Positions 60,350 to 64,000 of a stretch of 64,000 nt of DNA are shown here, in pieces. The stretch is from assembly GCF_009914755.1 (NCBI RefSeq), contig NC_060935.1; one strand, written 5' to 3'. The notes under the pieces are model-generated. The model searched no databases and had not been told where the DNA came from. It saw only the letters and a program-made list of their open reading frames with translations. The position numbers were made by a program, and so were the translations under genes. The stretch comes from the human T2T-CHM13v2.0 reference genome, Homo sapiens. How positions within the stretch are numbered: the stretch's first letter is position 1; each line of letters starts with the position of its first letter.

Positions 60350-61950
60350 TCTCAAATCGTGAACCTTAGTGTATGCAAATTTAAAAAATATTTAGGAGGC
60401 CAGAAGATCCCAAAAGAGAATGGAGAATGTGACAAAACATCCTAACTGTATTACAGATTTGTAAAACAACTTCACTAAAAGAGGAAGACGGAAAAGGTAC
60501 TGATTTAAGTAACTTTGGAAATGAGTGAAATCTATTGAGGCTAAAGGCAAAATTTACTATATATATGCACTGTACTCTAATTGATAATGTCCTGTTCCAT
60601 ATGGTACAGGTTAACAATTCTGTTAGTGTTATACACCTATACAGCAGTTGTGCAGTTAAGTAAATGGATGGAAGATCATGGGAAGCCACTTTTTTACCAT
60701 TGGAGTAGGAATTTACAGATAAGTAAGAGGAAGAAGCTAGAACAATCTGTGTAACAGAGTTGGAGATAACAGTGTGAACTCATGTCCTTTTAGCTTAGAT
60801 AAACTCATGTCTGTTTAGATACAAATGGTTACATATAGAAATACTTACAGTTATTTGTATATACAAAGGTCAGTATTACACAAATATATTTCCTTGTTCT
60901 GTCAGCTGAGAGGGTTTAGGAACAAGAATAATCAAGTCGCAAGGAGTGTTCCTAGTGCCCAGGTACTGGTTTATAATTCATTGTTAATAAGTGCTCCCTG
61001 AAGACAGAGCTGATTGCAGGAGCAGGAAATATACATATACAAGATGAGACTGGGACATCCTATAATGATAGAAAGTAATGAAGTTCTCAAAACCAAAAAT
61101 CCCACAATGATGAGGTATGTCAAAGGAACATAGGAGCCAACTGGAAGAGCTCCCAATGACCACAGCTGGAATAATATGAGAAACTAAATTTGTTTATTTT
61201 CTCAAACAAAGTAGCCTTGGATTATAATTCAAAGTATACAATAAATATCCATGTGTCCATACTGATATAAATAAATGTGGGAGATGAGACAAATCTTCCA
61301 TGCAGAATTCCAAATAATTGATATATACACTTTACCCTTTGGAAGGCAGAGCATAACTCCCTACCCCTGAAGCGTGTGCTGCACACAATGACTTCCATTC
61401 AAAAAGTACAGTATGGAAGTGGGGGAAAGAGTAACTTTACACCGGAGAGAGCTGACAAACACCATCTCAACCCGATGATCAAGGTCAACATCAACAGTCA
61501 TAAATCAAGTTGATAGTATGTACCCTTGATACAATGTGATGAAAATGGCAGTTAATTTCTGTGAATTTCCTTCCAATCTAATCATGAGAAAAACTGCAGA
61601 CAAATTTCAATTAAGGGACATTCCATAAAGTACCTAACAGCTCTCTTCAAAACTGCCAAGATCATTACAAAACTCTTGGAAACTGTCACAGCCAAAAAGT
61701 GCCTAAGGAGACATGACCACTATTTAGTGTGGTGTCCTGCAACTGAAAGGACATTAGGTAAAAACCAAGAAAATCTGAATAAAGTATTAATTTTGGTTAA
61801 TATTATCAGTATCAGTTTATTAATTGTAACAAATAGACCAGACTAATGTAAGATGTTAATAATAGAGGCTACTGGATGTGGGGTAGATGGGAGCCCTCTG
61901 TACTATGCTAATAATTTTATGTAAATCTAAAACTGTTCTAAAATAAAAAG
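60350..61950 (+). mobile_element. L1MC/L1MD-type long 3'UTR
   Basis: GATCAAGGTCAACATCAACAGT..AAGGACATTAGGTAAAAAC..ATGTAAGATGTTAATAATAG..TGTAAATCTAAAACTGTTCTAAAATAAAAAG. Confidence 0.75.
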
Positions 61951-63940
61951 CTGATTTTTTTTAAAAAGGCAGAAAAATTCAACAGTAGAAAACATGCCTA
62001 TTTTGACTTTGGCACTGGGTGAAGAAAAACTAAGAAAAGGAAAAAAAAAGTTTTGGAAATTTGTATCATAAGCTGACTCTAACACTTATTTTTCATTCAT
62101 CATATTACCTGTGTTGTCTGGAAAACCTCCTGTAAAAAAAATTAATGTAAAGTAGTTTAGAGTTGGTGATACCCCCAGACAATTCTCATAAGAAAATGCA
62201 AAATCAAAAAATTCAGCCTCCATCCTGGCCTCAAAGATGTCCCAGAAATAAAGCTTCCCCTCAAAAGTATCTCATAGTTAAAAATTATAAACCCACACAA
62301 GAAAAAAGACAACATGAGTAAGAGCTAGCAGTAATATATCCAAAATATTTTAGAGACTGGAATCATAACACGCAAAATAAAATAGAAAATTCTTATTAAT
62401 ATGCTTTAAAAGTTGAAATAAAAAAGTAAAAGAGAAGCTTGAAAATTTTGGCAAAGAAATGGAAGTTATATAAGATGACAGAGATTACCTGCAAAATCAA
62501 CAAATTAATTTTTTTAAATTTCAAATTCAACAAATACTTTTTGAGTTCTTCCTATGTGCTAGGGCATGTATTAAATACTTGCACATATATTATCTATTTT
62601 TACTTTCATAACAACAAATAATTCTATTAATAAGTACCAAAGTTATAAAAAACTTCATACTAAAATATTTTATTATTTTTCAATCTGGATACTTTTTTCT
62701 GTTCTGTTTTCCAATTCACAGGTTATCCCTTCACCTGTACCAAATCTATCATTATTCATATCTGTTGTGTTCTTATTTTTGGTTATTAGTAATTTTTTTC
62801 TAGTTTTAGAATTTCTATTTTTCTTTTTGTTCTGGCCTTTGTATTTGAGAAGTTATTTCTAGGAAAATTCCTGCTTGCTTCTTCCAGGTATCTTAACCTA
62901 CCAGTCTAGTATGACCCTATTCTGAGTTCAAAGATGGAGGTTGTCCCAAATTACAGATGATTGCAAGCTGGCTGTGAGTCAGTAGGAGTACCGATTTATT
63001 TCCACCTCACCATTTTCCTGAGGGTAAAGTCATCTGGAGCCCCAGCTTAAAGACAGGGGATGTTTATTTATTTATTGAGCCCAGTCTTTGTCTTCTGCCC
63101 CTTTTTTTCACAAGACTATCAAACGGCTGCTCAGTTTTGCAGCTGTTTCTTCCAGAGCATCAAATGCCTTTGAAAGCAGCCTTAAGTGCTGGGCTCACTT
63201 CTCTAGGTTCATGTCTTTTCCTATATTTTGACCCAGTAATTTCCATCATATTAGCTAGTGACCCGAAAGGTTTCTGCAGAGTTGAGCTCAGAGAAGAAGT
63301 TGACCCAAGTGAAAAGAGGCCATTAAGCAGGCAGGCCCAACTTTCCTCTCTGGTTACAAATTTGTTTTTCCCATTAGGGCCCTTTCACTTCAACATTGTC
63401 CTAGTCATGAATGGCTCCAGGAAATAAGTATTACATCTTTAAAACTTTAGCTCACGACTATACAAAAATCTTTCTCCTTTAGCTCCCCTTAATATCTGAA
63501 AAAGGATGACATTTTCAAAACCACAGTGTCGAAACTCTAGAAGTCCATAAAAAGTAAAAGTAGAGAATTTTAGAAATCATAATAGCCATTTTTTCAAAGA
63601 ATTTGGCTTTGTTTTCTGATCCTCAAGTGAAACCTGGCGCTTCTAAAGTCCCATCAGGAGGAGAAGCAGCCCTGATAGTGATGATTGACAGGCCTAGCAG
63701 GCATGACACAATGAAAGGCCTCATGCTGCCTGGTTAAGGGCTCAAATTTATGTATTTCTCTTCAGACGTCTAATGCCTATCGCAGCCCAGAGCAGGTTGG
63801 TAAGGATACTGAGGTAGGACATTTTCAAAATCTCTCTCAAATCACCCCCAAATAATTAAGAATCTCTCTCTTTGCATTGTCCTTCACACTTTAATGAAGA
63901 GCTTTAGGACATTGACCAGGCACCCATGTTCTCCAGCTTC

Positions 63941-64000
63941 CCTGTCCAATATGATAGCCACCAGTCATGTGTGACTATGAAGCACCTACATGTGGCCAGA
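63941..64000. mobile_element. MER3-like hAT fragment running off the window
   Basis: CTGTCCAATATGATAGCCACCAGTCATGTGTGACTATGAAGCAC. Confidence 0.55.

Overview
This window is primate (human-like) genomic DNA, AT-rich and dominated by interspersed repeats. I find no intact protein-coding gene, CpG island, tRNA, rRNA or CRISPR array. Nearly all ORF-track entries are chance ORFs or decayed transposon ORFs. Main elements: (1) the 3' half of a defective class I ERV of the HERV-I/HERVIP10 type (pol, env, 3' LTR10-like LTR; 1-5962); (2) a mixture of MIR, L2, MaLR/ERVL LTRs, hAT/mariner MITEs and Alus (6-37 kb); (3) an old L1MA-type LINE interrupted by a full-length L1PA11-13-like LINE that carries an apparent 3' transduction (37-49.5 kb); (4) two-LTR THE1 and MLT1F elements and old L1 debris (49.7-64 kb). 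The most notable non-routine signals are a 28-bp near-perfect hairpin in unique sequence (27811-27871), the L1 3' transduction, two short inverted patches inside L1 ORF2, a ~1-kb non-coding insert and a YxDD deletion in the ERV pol, an AP-1-bearing LTR tandem repeat, a miR-548-type MADE1 and a 32-bp perfect palindrome. I do not see evidence of a new multi-gene system. Repeat subfamily names come from recalled consensus sequences and need RepeatMasker/Dfam confirmation.
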